NCBI GenBank assembly: GCA_023227965.1
Contig: JALOCA010000016.1
Coordinates: forward strand, 511-64,510
Direction: 5' to 3'
DNA length: 64,000 nt
From: Lentimicrobiaceae bacterium
GTDB lineage: Bacteria > Bacteroidota > Bacteroidia > Bacteroidales > JALOCA01
The first letter of the stretch is position 1; each line of letters starts with the position of its first letter. Of the stretch, positions 1-9,198 are shown one piece after another. The translations under genes were made by a program, and so were the position numbers. The notes beneath the pieces were generated by a model that worked only from the letters and a program-made list of their open reading frames with translations, ran no database searches and had not been told where the DNA came from.

Positions 1-450
1 TACACAACCTACTGCCGCCATCACGGCGATATGCTGCGGTTGGATTAGTATTCCTTTGGGTAGCACCACATCTTCTTTTTTTACATCTTCGGCGCGGTAA
101 CAAATGTTGTGTGCTGTTTTAACGCCCGTAAACCGTATGGTCTTTTCCCCGGTTTTCTGTGTGTCTTCTACCATCAGCACACCATCAGCACCTTCGGGAA
201 CGGGGGCTCCGGTCATAATTTTTGAGCAGTAGTTTTCAGTAATTTTTTCTTTAGGGAAAGTTCCGGCAGCGATAAATTCTTTTACTCTAAGCTCATTGGT
301 AATATCCTGCAAGCGGCAGGCGTAACCGTCAACTGCCGATTTGTCGAAAGGGGGCATATCGGTATCCGACAAAATATCTTCAGCAAGTATCCTCCCTGCC
401 GAATCCAGAAAATTTATTCTTTCAGCCGGAAGTGGAAACGCAGATTGCAT
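1..450 (-). CDS. moeA: Molybdopterin molybdotransferase MoeA, N-terminal part (gene continues past the left edge)
   Basis: Hand translation of the minus strand from ATG at 450..448 gives MQSAFPLPAERINFLDSAGRILAEDILSDTDMPPFDKSAVDGYACRLQDI... The PPFDxSAxDGYA block is the MoeA N-terminal hallmark. It is open to position 1, so it is absent from the ORF track. Confidence 0.8.
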   Translation of the reverse strand, partial: MQSAFPLPAERINFLDSAGRILAEDILSDTDMPPFDKSAVDGYACRLQDITNELRVKEFIAAGTFPKEKITENYCSKIMTGAPVPEGADGVLMVEDTQKTGEKTIRFTGVKTAHNICYRAEDVKKEDVVLPKGILIQPQHIAVMAAVGCV

Positions 451-525
451 CACAATGTCAATGGCTTCTTCAAAAAATATCATCAGAAAGATTTTCCTGC
501 AAAACTAATTAAGTTGGAGATATGT

Positions 526-2637
526 CTATTGATTCCTGTCAATTTTGTTTTTCAGGAAATCGTAAATTTCAATCTGGCTGCGATGGCGTTGCTGACTGCC
601 GTTTTTCCGGTACTGGTTTGGTTTTTCGAATTTAATGTATCTCGCCTTACAATTATCGTTCAGGTAAATATCGAGCATGGTACGTAATTCCTGCCGTATT
701 TCGGGGTCAAGAATCGGGGTAGCCACTTCAATGCGGTTGTCGAAATTGCGGATCATCCAGTCGGCAGAAGAAATAAATATTTTTTCGTCGCCACCGTTTG
801 CAAACACAAGCACACGTGTATGTTCAAGAAAACGGTCAACGATGCTAATAGCTTCGATATTTTCGCTGAGTCCTGTTATCCCAGGCTGTAAAGTGCAGCT
901 TCCCCTGATGATAAGTTTGATTTTCACTCCTTCATTGCTTGCCTGGTACAATTTGTTGATGGTTTTTTCATCCACCAGATTATTGAGTTTGATAATAGTG
1001 TATGCCTGTTTGCCATTGCGGGCATTTTTTATCTCTTCATTGAGCATACGGATAAAAAATCTGCGCATGCTGAAAGGGGAAACGATAAGGGTTTTGAATT
1101 TTTGCTGTTTGTAGTTGGCTTCAAACAATTCGAACACTTTCAGCACTTCGCCAGCTATGTCCTGGTTGGCAGTTAGCAAGCTGTGGTCAGTATAAATTCT
1201 GGCGGTTTGTTCGTTAAAATTGCCTGTACCGACATTGGCATACAAAACGTCCTGATTATTTTCCCTTCGCCGAATCAGCATCAGCTTGCAGTGCACCTTG
1301 TAACCGGGGATGCTGTGAATTATTTTTACGCCTTCTTCCCTTAGTTTCTGCGTCCAGTAAATGTTCGCTTCTTCGTCGAAACGAGCTTGCAATTCGAGGA
1401 AAACTGTTACCGATTTGCCATTACGGGCTGCATTGATCAGGGCATTAATTACGTTGGAATTGGTGGCAACCCGGTAGATGGTCATACGAATTGACCGCAC
1501 TTTGGGGTCGATAGAAGCTTCGCGAAGCAGATCGAGGATGTACTGAAACGACTGGTATGGAAAATGTATCATTACATCTTTTTGTCTGATGGCGCTGAAG
1601 ATACTTTTATTGGCTGCAAGGTGAATGTGGGGCAGAGGCAACAGTTTTTCATATTCCAGGTCTTTGTTTCCCATGTTGGGGAACGACATAAAATCCTTGA
1701 AATTATGATATCTTCCCCCTTTTATTAGTGTGTCGTTGCGGGTGAACCCGAGTTTTTTCAACAGGGTTTTCAGCAGGACTTCAGGAATGTATTTATCAAA
1801 AATCAACCTTACAGGCGAGCCAAGTTTACGTTGTTTGAGACTTTCCTGCATAGTTTCGAGGAAACTTTTTGATACATCGGTGTCAATGTCGAGTTCGGCG
1901 TCGCGGGTAAGCTTTACCGTATAGGCTTTAAAAGTATCGTAACCAAAGGGTGAAAAAATTTCGGAAAGGCAATACCGGATAACATCGTCGAGGAGGATGA
2001 TGTATTTTTTGCCGTGCATTTCCGGAAGGATTAAAAAGCGGGGGACAAGCGGGCTGGGGATTTCCATCAGCGCAAAACGGTCTTTGATATTGGTGCGGTC
2101 GCTATGCAACAGAATGGCAAAATAAATAGATTTATCTTTTAATGATGTGGCAGCAGTGAGGTTGTCGAGCATTATAGGAAATAGAAAAGGACGAACTGAC
2201 TCGCGAAAGTAATTTTTTACAAATGCGCTGTGTTCACGATGGATGGTGCGTTCGTTGAGAATAAAAATAGAGTTTTTCTCGAGCTCCTTGAGTATTTCGT
2301 GCCAGATTTTGGCAAATTTTTTCTGCTGTTCGGTATCAATATACGAAATTTCCTGCAGCATTTCAATGGGATCAAACGGCAGTCCTTCCGCTTCTTTTTT
2401 GTTCATGTTTGCCATACGGGTAAGCGTGGCAACTCTTACGCGGAAAAATTCGTCGAGGTTGTTTGAGTAAATGCCAAGGAATTTTATGCGTTCAATAAGA
2501 GGTGTGGTGGGGTCTGCTGCTTCCTGAAGCACACGGTCGTTAAAGTGCATCCAGGTGATTTCGCGCGAAATTGCACAATTTTTATGTTTTATATTTCCGT
2601 TCTGTTTCACAGCTGCTTTTGTCTTTGCGATTCTCAT
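526..2637 (-). CDS. ppk: Polyphosphate kinase 1
   Basis: 703 aa. N-terminal NREITWMHFNDRVLQEA...LIERIKFLGIYSNNLDEFFRVRV and overall length are typical of PPK1. Confidence 0.93.
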   Translation of the reverse strand: MRIAKTKAAVKQNGNIKHKNCAISREITWMHFNDRVLQEAADPTTPLIERIKFLGIYSNNLDEFFRVRVATLTRMANMNKKEAEGLPFDPIEMLQEISYIDTEQQKKFAKIWHEILKELEKNSIFILNERTIHREHSAFVKNYFRESVRPFLFPIMLDNLTAATSLKDKSIYFAILLHSDRTNIKDRFALMEIPSPLVPRFLILPEMHGKKYIILLDDVIRYCLSEIFSPFGYDTFKAYTVKLTRDAELDIDTDVSKSFLETMQESLKQRKLGSPVRLIFDKYIPEVLLKTLLKKLGFTRNDTLIKGGRYHNFKDFMSFPNMGNKDLEYEKLLPLPHIHLAANKSIFSAIRQKDVMIHFPYQSFQYILDLLREASIDPKVRSIRMTIYRVATNSNVINALINAARNGKSVTVFLELQARFDEEANIYWTQKLREEGVKIIHSIPGYKVHCKLMLIRRRENNQDVLYANVGTGNFNEQTARIYTDHSLLTANQDIAGEVLKVFELFEANYKQQKFKTLIVSPFSMRRFFIRMLNEEIKNARNGKQAYTIIKLNNLVDEKTINKLYQASNEGVKIKLIIRGSCTLQPGITGLSENIEAISIVDRFLEHTRVLVFANGGDEKIFISSADWMIRNFDNRIEVATPILDPEIRQELRTMLDIYLNDNCKARYIKFEKPNQYRKNGSQQRHRSQIEIYDFLKNKIDRNQ

Positions 2638-2689
2638 TCAATATTTCCCGAAAGCAAAGGTATAAAAATAGTTATACGCCGGGCGTTTA

Positions 2690-3193
2690 TCATTCAAGCA
2701 TTTTAGGGAACAGTACAAATTTGCATTTAAAAGCAGCCCATGCAAGGTTGTCCCAATCGTCGGAAGCAAATTCTATGCATACTACGCCCGAAGTAGGCAG
2801 GTAATCAATGGGTTTTTCGAGAAAGATGTTGGCAAAGTTTGTAATCGTCGGGTTATGGCCTACGAGCATCACACTTTGTATCCTTGCGGGTATATCGAAA
2901 AAGATATCAAAAAAATCGTCGGCGTCGGAAGCATAGATGCTTTTTTCTGTTCTTATTTCGCTCAAAGGATAATGAAAAGCATGTGCAAGAATTTTTGCAG
3001 TTTCGAGGGCGCGTACTGCCGGACTTGCAATGATCAGGTCAATCGTTGTCTGTTGTTTAATAAGCTGGTCAATAACTAATTTTGTCCGTTTTTTCCCTTT
3101 CTCCAGCAAGGGACGGTCGTAATCATTCATTGCCACGCTATTCCATGATGATTTGGCATGGCGTACCATGTAAAGCGTTTTCATTTCTACCAA
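2690..3193 (-). CDS. Histidine phosphatase family protein, SixA-like
   Basis: 167 aa. Contains the RHAKS catalytic motif (LYMVRHAKSSW) and VGHNP. Its size matches SixA-type phosphohistidine phosphatases. Start may be the internal MKTLYM (3184). Confidence 0.7.
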   Translation of the reverse strand: MVEMKTLYMVRHAKSSWNSVAMNDYDRPLLEKGKKRTKLVIDQLIKQQTTIDLIIASPAVRALETAKILAHAFHYPLSEIRTEKSIYASDADDFFDIFFDIPARIQSVMLVGHNPTITNFANIFLEKPIDYLPTSGVVCIEFASDDWDNLAWAAFKCKFVLFPKMLE

Positions 3194-3519
3194 AATTCTT
3201 CATAAATGTAACGAAACAATATTGTTGATTATTATCCCTTCATTTTTAAAAAAATGCTTATCCGTTTTCCTGCACAAAAGCATAAAGCAATTATTTATGA
3301 AGAAAAATATTAATGATTCATAGTATGATATATTATTTTTTCAATGAAGTAGGCTTTGTGATTTTCTGTTTATTTTTGCAAATTCTAAGACCAAACCAAA
3401 TATTTTTTAATAATATTTGTGTTTTTAAACTTTTAATAAAGTTTGCAGCAGATGGCGAAAATTGAACATCGGCAGGGTTCAAAACATGAAAAAGACGGAA
3501 ATAATATAACAAAATAATC

Positions 3520-3981
3520 ATGACAAATTTAACAGCAAAACAATTGGAATGCCAGGAAGTCATCGAACAGGCTTCCTTTGCAGAATTAACAACCATTGCC
3601 CCCGACGGCTTTCCGTCCACACGGGCTATGTTAAACCTCAGAAACAAACAACAATATCCCCAACTTATCCCACTGTACAGGGAAGAAAGTAATCCCTTGG
3701 TTGTTTATATGACAACGAACACCAGCTCCGGTAAGATACAAGAGATAGCCCATAACGAAAAAGCATGTCTTTATTTTTACCAGCCCGAATCCTTTCACGG
3801 GGTTTTATTGCAGGGAACCGTGGAACATGTAACAGACAAAGAATTCCGGAAGAAAGTGTGGCATGACGGCTGGGAAATATATTACCCCCAGGGAGATGAA
3901 GATTATTCCGTTCTTCGGTTTGTACCTCATAAACTGAAAACCTATTCTAACTTTCAGGTAGCTTCCGAAGATATAAAATAA
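3520..3981 (+). CDS. Pyridoxamine 5'-phosphate oxidase family (FMN-binding split barrel) protein
   Basis: 153 aa. General similarity to PNPOx-like proteins (FPSTRAM..., LYFY..., GTVEHVTD). Confidence 0.6.
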   Translation: MTNLTAKQLECQEVIEQASFAELTTIAPDGFPSTRAMLNLRNKQQYPQLIPLYREESNPLVVYMTTNTSSGKIQEIAHNEKACLYFYQPESFHGVLLQGTVEHVTDKEFRKKVWHDGWEIYYPQGDEDYSVLRFVPHKLKTYSNFQVASEDIK

Positions 3982-4012
3982 ACACGGAAAACTGCTTGTC
4001 AGAAGATCAATA

Positions 4013-4120
4013 ATTAATGTTTTACTGACAATCTTTTATAAAAAACCAACATTCTGTTAACATTCATCGCCTATGGCGAAATTTGTTTATAAACCGGAAT
4101 GGTTTTTGTGTTTATATGCC
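4013..4120 (+). repeat. Copy A of a conserved noncoding intergenic element (partner at 16525..16656)
   Basis: The ungapped core 4031..4081 matches 16561..16611 at 45 of 51 positions. The flanks align with small indels (ATTAATGTTTTA; TATAAA..AATGGTTT..TATGCC). Confidence 0.6.
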
Positions 4121-4233
4121 TGCAAATTTTGCTGACATACAAACCCATTACAGATTGTTGTGTAAAAATCACCATACAAAGTTCGGTTTGCGTCATTCAG
4201 CTAAAAAAAATTTTACAGTATAATACACCCGCA

Positions 4234-4241
4234 TACTTTTG
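4234..4241 (+). promoter_or_regulatory. Bacteroidota -7 promoter box TACTTTTG
   Basis: Matches TAnnTTTG, 23 nt upstream of ATG 4265 (32 nt from ATG 4274). Confidence 0.45.
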
Positions 4242-4273
4242 CATCACCAATCAAAACCTTAAAAATGATCCCC

Positions 4274-4942
4274 ATGAAAAAATTAATTGTAACCGTTCTG
4301 TGTTTTGTTATAGCACTGACGGCTTTTTCGCAGGAAAAAGAACAACGACACTTCAACAGAAACGATGAAGTAAAAACCATTTTTAACACCAACGAACTCC
4401 TTAACGGATATTACATCGGGCTTAACGGTGGTTATACCCAGGTGGACGGCAAAGACGCCCTGGTTTTTGGCATCAAAGGAGCTTACCTTCTCAATCATAA
4501 CCTGGCATTAGGTCTCGCCGGGAATATTTTTGCCGATCCTAACGACAATCTTTATTATAAAGACCTCAAAGAAAACGTCAACGGTTATCTCCGTGGTGGT
4601 TACGGTGGTCTGCTTATAGAACCCATTTTAATGCCTAAGCAGCCGATTCATATTGCTTTCCCAATAATAATAGGTGGCGGTAGTGCCTGTTATATCAATG
4701 AAGACCGTTTCGATGACGATTGGGAATGGAACTGGAACAATGATAACGACGATGTAATTGACGATGATGCTTTCTTTGTTGTGGAACCCGGCGTGGAAGT
4801 ACAGATGAATGTACTTAAATTTATGCGTTTTTCGGTAGGAGCAAGCTACCGCGTTACTTCCGGTAACGATTTAATTAAATCTGACGACGATTTTCTTAAC
4901 GGATTTTCTACCAATGCCTCTTTACGTTTCGGAAAATTTTAA
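4274..4942 (+). CDS. Hypothetical secreted protein, possibly a small outer-membrane beta-barrel
   Basis: Signal-peptide-like N-terminus MKKLIVTVLCFVIALTAFSQE and alternating Gly/aromatic beta-strand-like segments, ending in ...SLRFGKF. An upstream ATG at 4265 is also possible. Confidence 0.5.
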   Translation: MKKLIVTVLCFVIALTAFSQEKEQRHFNRNDEVKTIFNTNELLNGYYIGLNGGYTQVDGKDALVFGIKGAYLLNHNLALGLAGNIFADPNDNLYYKDLKENVNGYLRGGYGGLLIEPILMPKQPIHIAFPIIIGGGSACYINEDRFDDDWEWNWNNDNDDVIDDDAFFVVEPGVEVQMNVLKFMRFSVGASYRVTSGNDLIKSDDDFLNGFSTNASLRFGKF

Positions 4943-4963
4943 TTTGTAATTCTACATCATACC

Positions 4964-5332
4964 ATGACATTCGAAAATGCAGTTCAAAAGATTGAAGTGG
5001 ATAATGTACGGTTAACGGCTAACTATTACAGGGAATACCTGGGGTTTACCGAAGTAAGTCCACCGGATAAAAGCAGTAACCCCAATGGGATTATCCTCCG
5101 GTATGAAGAAAACGAAATCTGTTTGGAGACAAAGATTAAGAAAAAATTTTCCTCCTCCTTTACAACAAAACCTGTAAATCTGCGTTTTAAAAATCCACAG
5201 ACAATAGCGTCTCTTTTTGAAAAATATAAACAACAAGTGAAAATTGTAAATACCAATGGCTTACAAGACAACAGGATTACGGAATTTGCTATAAAAGATT
5301 GTAACGGTCTGCTTGTACTGTTTACCTCCTGA
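4964..5332 (+). CDS. Small VOC (glyoxalase/bleomycin-resistance fold)-like protein
   Basis: 122 aa. VDNVRLTANYYREYLGFTEV and TEFAIKDCNGLLVLF resemble the paired beta-alpha-beta-beta-beta modules of VOC proteins. Confidence 0.45.
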   Translation: MTFENAVQKIEVDNVRLTANYYREYLGFTEVSPPDKSSNPNGIILRYEENEICLETKIKKKFSSSFTTKPVNLRFKNPQTIASLFEKYKQQVKIVNTNGLQDNRITEFAIKDCNGLLVLFTS

Positions 5333-5372
5333 ACATGTAAATAATCAGTTTTCTCATAACTTGATGGAAAAT

Positions 5373-5402
5373 AGGGTAGCTTCGGTTGCCCTTTTTCTTT
5401 TT
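5373..5402 (+). terminator. Rho-independent terminator after 4964..5332
   Basis: Stem AGGGTAGC / GTTGCCCT (two G-U pairs), loop TTCG, followed by TTTTTCTTTTT. Confidence 0.55.
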
Positions 5403-5610
5403 CTATTTTCAGTTTATAGCCTCGGGTTGGAAAACAGAAGATTATGGAGAGTACATTTGTCTGCCTTTATTCATGAAAGTATAAGACCGTTGCAATGCTA
5501 TGAGGGGTATTTTTCTAACTTTGGATTGATAATTTTTTATTCATCAACAGATAATTACTTCAGCTAAGGTACCAACCGTTTAACCATTCAAATTATTTTC
5601 AAATTTTGTC

Positions 5611-8364
5611 TTATTTCACCATCACTTTCCGGCTCAGGCTTTCTTTTCCTTTTTGGATGTTTACCAGGTACACTCCTTTTGCAAGGGTGGAAACATCTAT
5701 GTTGTGCGAAAATCTGTCTGTGCAGTTTCTGAATTTTTGTTCCCAAACGGTTTTCCCGCCAAGGGTATAAAAAGCAATGTTTACGTCGTCAACTTTATTC
5801 ACATCAAAAGAAACGCTAAGCTGATTGTGCGCCGGATTTGGGGAAAAAACACATTGCGAGTTGGTGAGTTCTTTTATCCCAACTCCCGGATTGTACGTCC
5901 AGGTTCCCACGCTTAACCCTCTGCCATGGGTGGAGGCAAGCACCGTATTGTCGCTTTCGCGGATTTGCAGCATGTCAACCCGCACGTTTGCAAGCCCGTC
6001 GTTGTTGGGTTCCCATAAAGAAGTGGTTGCATTGATGTTCTCGGTTGTCCAGATGCCGGTTTCAGTAGCAAGCATCACCTGTTTGCTGTTTTGCGGATGG
6101 TAGATAGCCCAGCGGATGGGCATATCCGGCAGGTTGGTTTCTTTTTCCGTCCAGTTGGTTCCTCCATTGGTAGTTTGCCAAACGGAAGAAACGCCATAGT
6201 TAGAAAAGGTTACCAGTAAGGTGTCTTCCGAACCACCTATTGCCACACAGGAAATGTTTGCCGTGGGGAAATCCGGACTACCAATCTCGGTTACCAGCGG
6301 ACTTGCCTGCGCATTTTCCACTTTATACAATTTCCCGGATTGCGTTCCGGCAAACAGAGTGGATTTACCTGTCGGAGCATAAGGCGAAACGGTAACATTG
6401 CTAAAGATAACCGATGAACCAGAAGCTATCGTGATATACCCAGTTTGCGGATTGTTGGGAATTCCTGTGATGCGTAAAATTTTACCCGCATAGCTACCAT
6501 TGAACATCACTGCGTTTGCGTAAAGCTTATTATCCCGGCTATCCAAGGAAGCAGGATTTACAAAGATACCATCGCCGGTGTTAGAACCTCCGGCATAATT
6601 TCCGTTTTGCCAAAAAGTATAGGCATTATAGTAAACCGATGAAATAAAAACGGAAGGGTTATCTTTATCATAAAAGCAATAAGCTCCGTCGCCACCGTCT
6701 ATCATGTCGTTGATGGTAAGAGGGCTACCGGTAAAATACACAGTTCCGTTATCCTGCAACCCTCCGAGGTAATTTGCGGTACCTGCGGTAGGGTGGAGGG
6801 CACCGGAATAAAATTGCAGTGTATTGTAGTTGTTGTTTCTTTGTTCAAAAACAGGGTAAGTGTTGTTTGCGGAAGCGGTAAAGAAAATACCTCCATCGGA
6901 GCCAAAAAGTGCTTCGGACGACGAACCTGGTTTGAATGTAATGATATGCTGGTCGGCGTGTACGTAGTCAGTACCACCGCCACTGTACATAGCAGCCCAG
7001 TCGGAAATGCGGGTCCAGGAACTTCCGGAATTGGTTGATTTATGCAAATCAAGCCCTCCGGCAAAAATGTTGTTTGCATTATTTGGATCTACGACCATGT
7101 CAAGGGCATGCCAGGCAATATAGGCAAAACTGTTTTGTCCCTGGGCATCATCCGGAACATTTTTTTCCGTCCAGTTTAGTCCCCTATCGGAAGACTTCAG
7201 CAGATAATCACAGTAAAAATAATCAAAACCATTTTCAGAATTAACAAAACCATCGGCAATGAGTGCATACACCACATTGGCATCGGATGGAGCTGTAGCC
7301 AAAACTACCCTTCCGGGGATGTTACGACTGGGATCGGATTCAATAATCGTTTTATAATCATCAAAAACAGTCCAGTTGCCGGCTGTTCCAAGATCAGAAT
7401 ACAAGATGGTTGCGCCGCCATTGCCGTCGAGGTTTCTGCCGGTTCCTACATAAATCCGTCCATCGGCACCCAGTTCGATGTCGGAAGGTGCATAAGGAAC
7501 AGTTTCTCCTGCAATGTTTGGCAATACCTGTTCCCATGCGGTTCCGCCATCGGAAGAACGGTAAACGCCATCGGAAGGTATGCTTTGATGATTGATGCCC
7601 ATGTATTTCCCCGACATCACCCCGGCATAAATCACGCCGTTTCCGTTTTCATTTCTTACTTTAATATCTGTAACATAGGCAAAGTTACTGGTGGAAGGTA
7701 AAAGTTCCCAGCTTTGTCCGCCGTCAGCCGATTTATAAATTCCGCTTCCTCTGCCCGATGATTCCCGGTAGGTTATCAATGCCGTTTGTGCTTCTCCGGT
7801 CCCCACATAAAAAACTTGTGTATTCGTAGGATCGTAAGTGATACTACTTACAGCAAGATTTGCCCAGAAATCGTTGACCGGAACCCAGGAAGAGGTATTG
7901 CTGGCAGCATCATCGTTGTACCAAAGTCCGCCGGTAACTCCGCCAGCCCAGGCTTTGTTTCCGGAAGCATCGTTGGGATCCCACATGATGGCGCGGGTAC
8001 GTCCGCCCATGTTGGAAGGAACTTCCTGCCACTGAACAGGATTGTTCTCGCTTTTTCTCAACTGCATTTGCCTGGTGAAGGAAAATGCCTGCTGTAACCT
8101 TTCGGCAGGAACTCTTCCCAAAGCCGGGTCCATTGTCATCAGGTATTCCTGAAAAGCCGCAACATCCGGTTGATCTACCGCTTTTCCACCTTCTTTTTCT
8201 TTTCCATTTTCTTTTTCTCTTTCAGGAGCCAAAGAATACTGATGTTTCAGAAAGTTTTCATAACGAATTCTTTCAATATCTTTATAAATATCTGAAAGGT
8301 GAAAAATTAAAGCAGCGATAAAAACACTGAGAACAAACAAGGCAACGAATAACTTTTTCGACAT
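5611..8364 (-). CDS. BNR/Asp-box repeat (sortilin/VPS10-like beta-propeller) protein with T9SS C-terminal sorting domain
   Basis: 917 aa. Repeated SxDxGxxW boxes (SADGGQSW, SSDGGTAW, SSDRGLNW, STNSGSSW, TTNGGTNW). The C-terminal ~80 aa (FSPNPAHNQLSVSF...GVYLVNIQ...KVMVK) matches the Por/T9SS CTD pattern. Confidence 0.8.
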   Translation of the reverse strand: MSKKLFVALFVLSVFIAALIFHLSDIYKDIERIRYENFLKHQYSLAPEREKENGKEKEGGKAVDQPDVAAFQEYLMTMDPALGRVPAERLQQAFSFTRQMQLRKSENNPVQWQEVPSNMGGRTRAIMWDPNDASGNKAWAGGVTGGLWYNDDAASNTSSWVPVNDFWANLAVSSITYDPTNTQVFYVGTGEAQTALITYRESSGRGSGIYKSADGGQSWELLPSTSNFAYVTDIKVRNENGNGVIYAGVMSGKYMGINHQSIPSDGVYRSSDGGTAWEQVLPNIAGETVPYAPSDIELGADGRIYVGTGRNLDGNGGATILYSDLGTAGNWTVFDDYKTIIESDPSRNIPGRVVLATAPSDANVVYALIADGFVNSENGFDYFYCDYLLKSSDRGLNWTEKNVPDDAQGQNSFAYIAWHALDMVVDPNNANNIFAGGLDLHKSTNSGSSWTRISDWAAMYSGGGTDYVHADQHIITFKPGSSSEALFGSDGGIFFTASANNTYPVFEQRNNNYNTLQFYSGALHPTAGTANYLGGLQDNGTVYFTGSPLTINDMIDGGDGAYCFYDKDNPSVFISSVYYNAYTFWQNGNYAGGSNTGDGIFVNPASLDSRDNKLYANAVMFNGSYAGKILRITGIPNNPQTGYITIASGSSVIFSNVTVSPYAPTGKSTLFAGTQSGKLYKVENAQASPLVTEIGSPDFPTANISCVAIGGSEDTLLVTFSNYGVSSVWQTTNGGTNWTEKETNLPDMPIRWAIYHPQNSKQVMLATETGIWTTENINATTSLWEPNNDGLANVRVDMLQIRESDNTVLASTHGRGLSVGTWTYNPGVGIKELTNSQCVFSPNPAHNQLSVSFDVNKVDDVNIAFYTLGGKTVWEQKFRNCTDRFSHNIDVSTLAKGVYLVNIQKGKESLSRKVMVK

Positions 8365-8437
8365 GGTTTTGTTTTTTAGAAAATACGACTATAAAAGTAA
8401 GTTTTTTTGGGAATGTTCCTTTGCATTTCAACAAAAG

Positions 8438-8449
8438 TGTAAATTTACA
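8438..8449. promoter_or_regulatory. Perfect 12-bp palindrome TGTAAATTTACA (variant -7 box TAAATTTA or an operator)
   Basis: Lies 15 nt upstream of the pssA ATG. The identical 12-mer recurs at 29376..29387. Confidence 0.35.
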
Positions 8450-8464
8450 TTTTTATAAATCCTA

Positions 8465-9196
8465 ATGACATTACGAAAACATATTCCTAACGCCATTACA
8501 GCGATGAATCTTTTATGTGGTTGTATTGCTGTATTTTTTGCTTTTATTAATCCTCAAATTTCGGCACTTTTTATTGTTTTGGCAGCTATCTTCGATTTCT
8601 TTGATGGTATGGTTGCACGTTTGCTGCATGTAAAAAGTGCTATCGGAAAGGAGCTGGACTCGCTTGCTGATATAGTTTCTTTCGGTGTTGCCCCGGGTTT
8701 CATTCTCTTTGGTCTGATTGATCAAAGTCAGGAATTACAGTTTTTTATTCCCTTTGAAAATATTGCACCTTTTATTCATCAATTGAATATTCTGCCTTTT
8801 GTAGCTTTTGCTATTCCGGTGTTTTCGGGTTTGAGACTTGCAAAATTCAATGTTGACACCCGCCAGGAAGAAGCTTTTATCGGGTTGCCTACGCCGGCTT
8901 GTGCGCTGATGATTCTTTCGTTGCCGATGATGGAACGCTATACTCCGGAAATTTTTTATGCTTTTTTCAGCAATACGTATGTATTGCTGGTACTTACAGT
9001 GATTTTTTCCTTTTTACTGGTAGCTCCGCTCCGACTTTTTTCTTTAAAATTTAAAGGCTTTGGGTGGAAAAACAATGAAATCCGATGGGCATTCCTGCTG
9101 GTATCCCTTTTGCTGATTATTGTTTTACAATTCCTTGCTATTCCGGTTATTTTGTTGGTTTATATTATTTTATCAATAATATTCCCAAAATCATAA
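8465..9196 (+). CDS. pssA: CDP-diacylglycerol--serine O-phosphatidyltransferase
   Basis: 243 aa polytopic membrane protein with the CDP-alcohol phosphatidyltransferase motif DFFDGMVAR...GKELDSLADIVSFGVAP. Confidence 0.85.
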   Translation: MTLRKHIPNAITAMNLLCGCIAVFFAFINPQISALFIVLAAIFDFFDGMVARLLHVKSAIGKELDSLADIVSFGVAPGFILFGLIDQSQELQFFIPFENIAPFIHQLNILPFVAFAIPVFSGLRLAKFNVDTRQEEAFIGLPTPACALMILSLPMMERYTPEIFYAFFSNTYVLLVLTVIFSFLLVAPLRLFSLKFKGFGWKNNEIRWAFLLVSLLLIIVLQFLAIPVILLVYIILSIIFPKS

Positions 9197-9198
9197 AT

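Noticed and set aside
3333-3647. 104-aa ORF in and beyond the AT-rich divergent spacer between the SixA-like and PNPOx-like genes
   Set aside because: It overlaps the 5' end of the PNPOx-like gene on the opposite strand and has low-complexity, AT-driven composition (Lys/Phe/Ile/Asn-rich). No motif or promoter box.
5313-5567. 84-aa ORF in the convergent gap after 4964..5332
   Set aside because: It starts inside the preceding gene and reads straight through that gene's terminator hairpin (5373..5402). No recognisable features.
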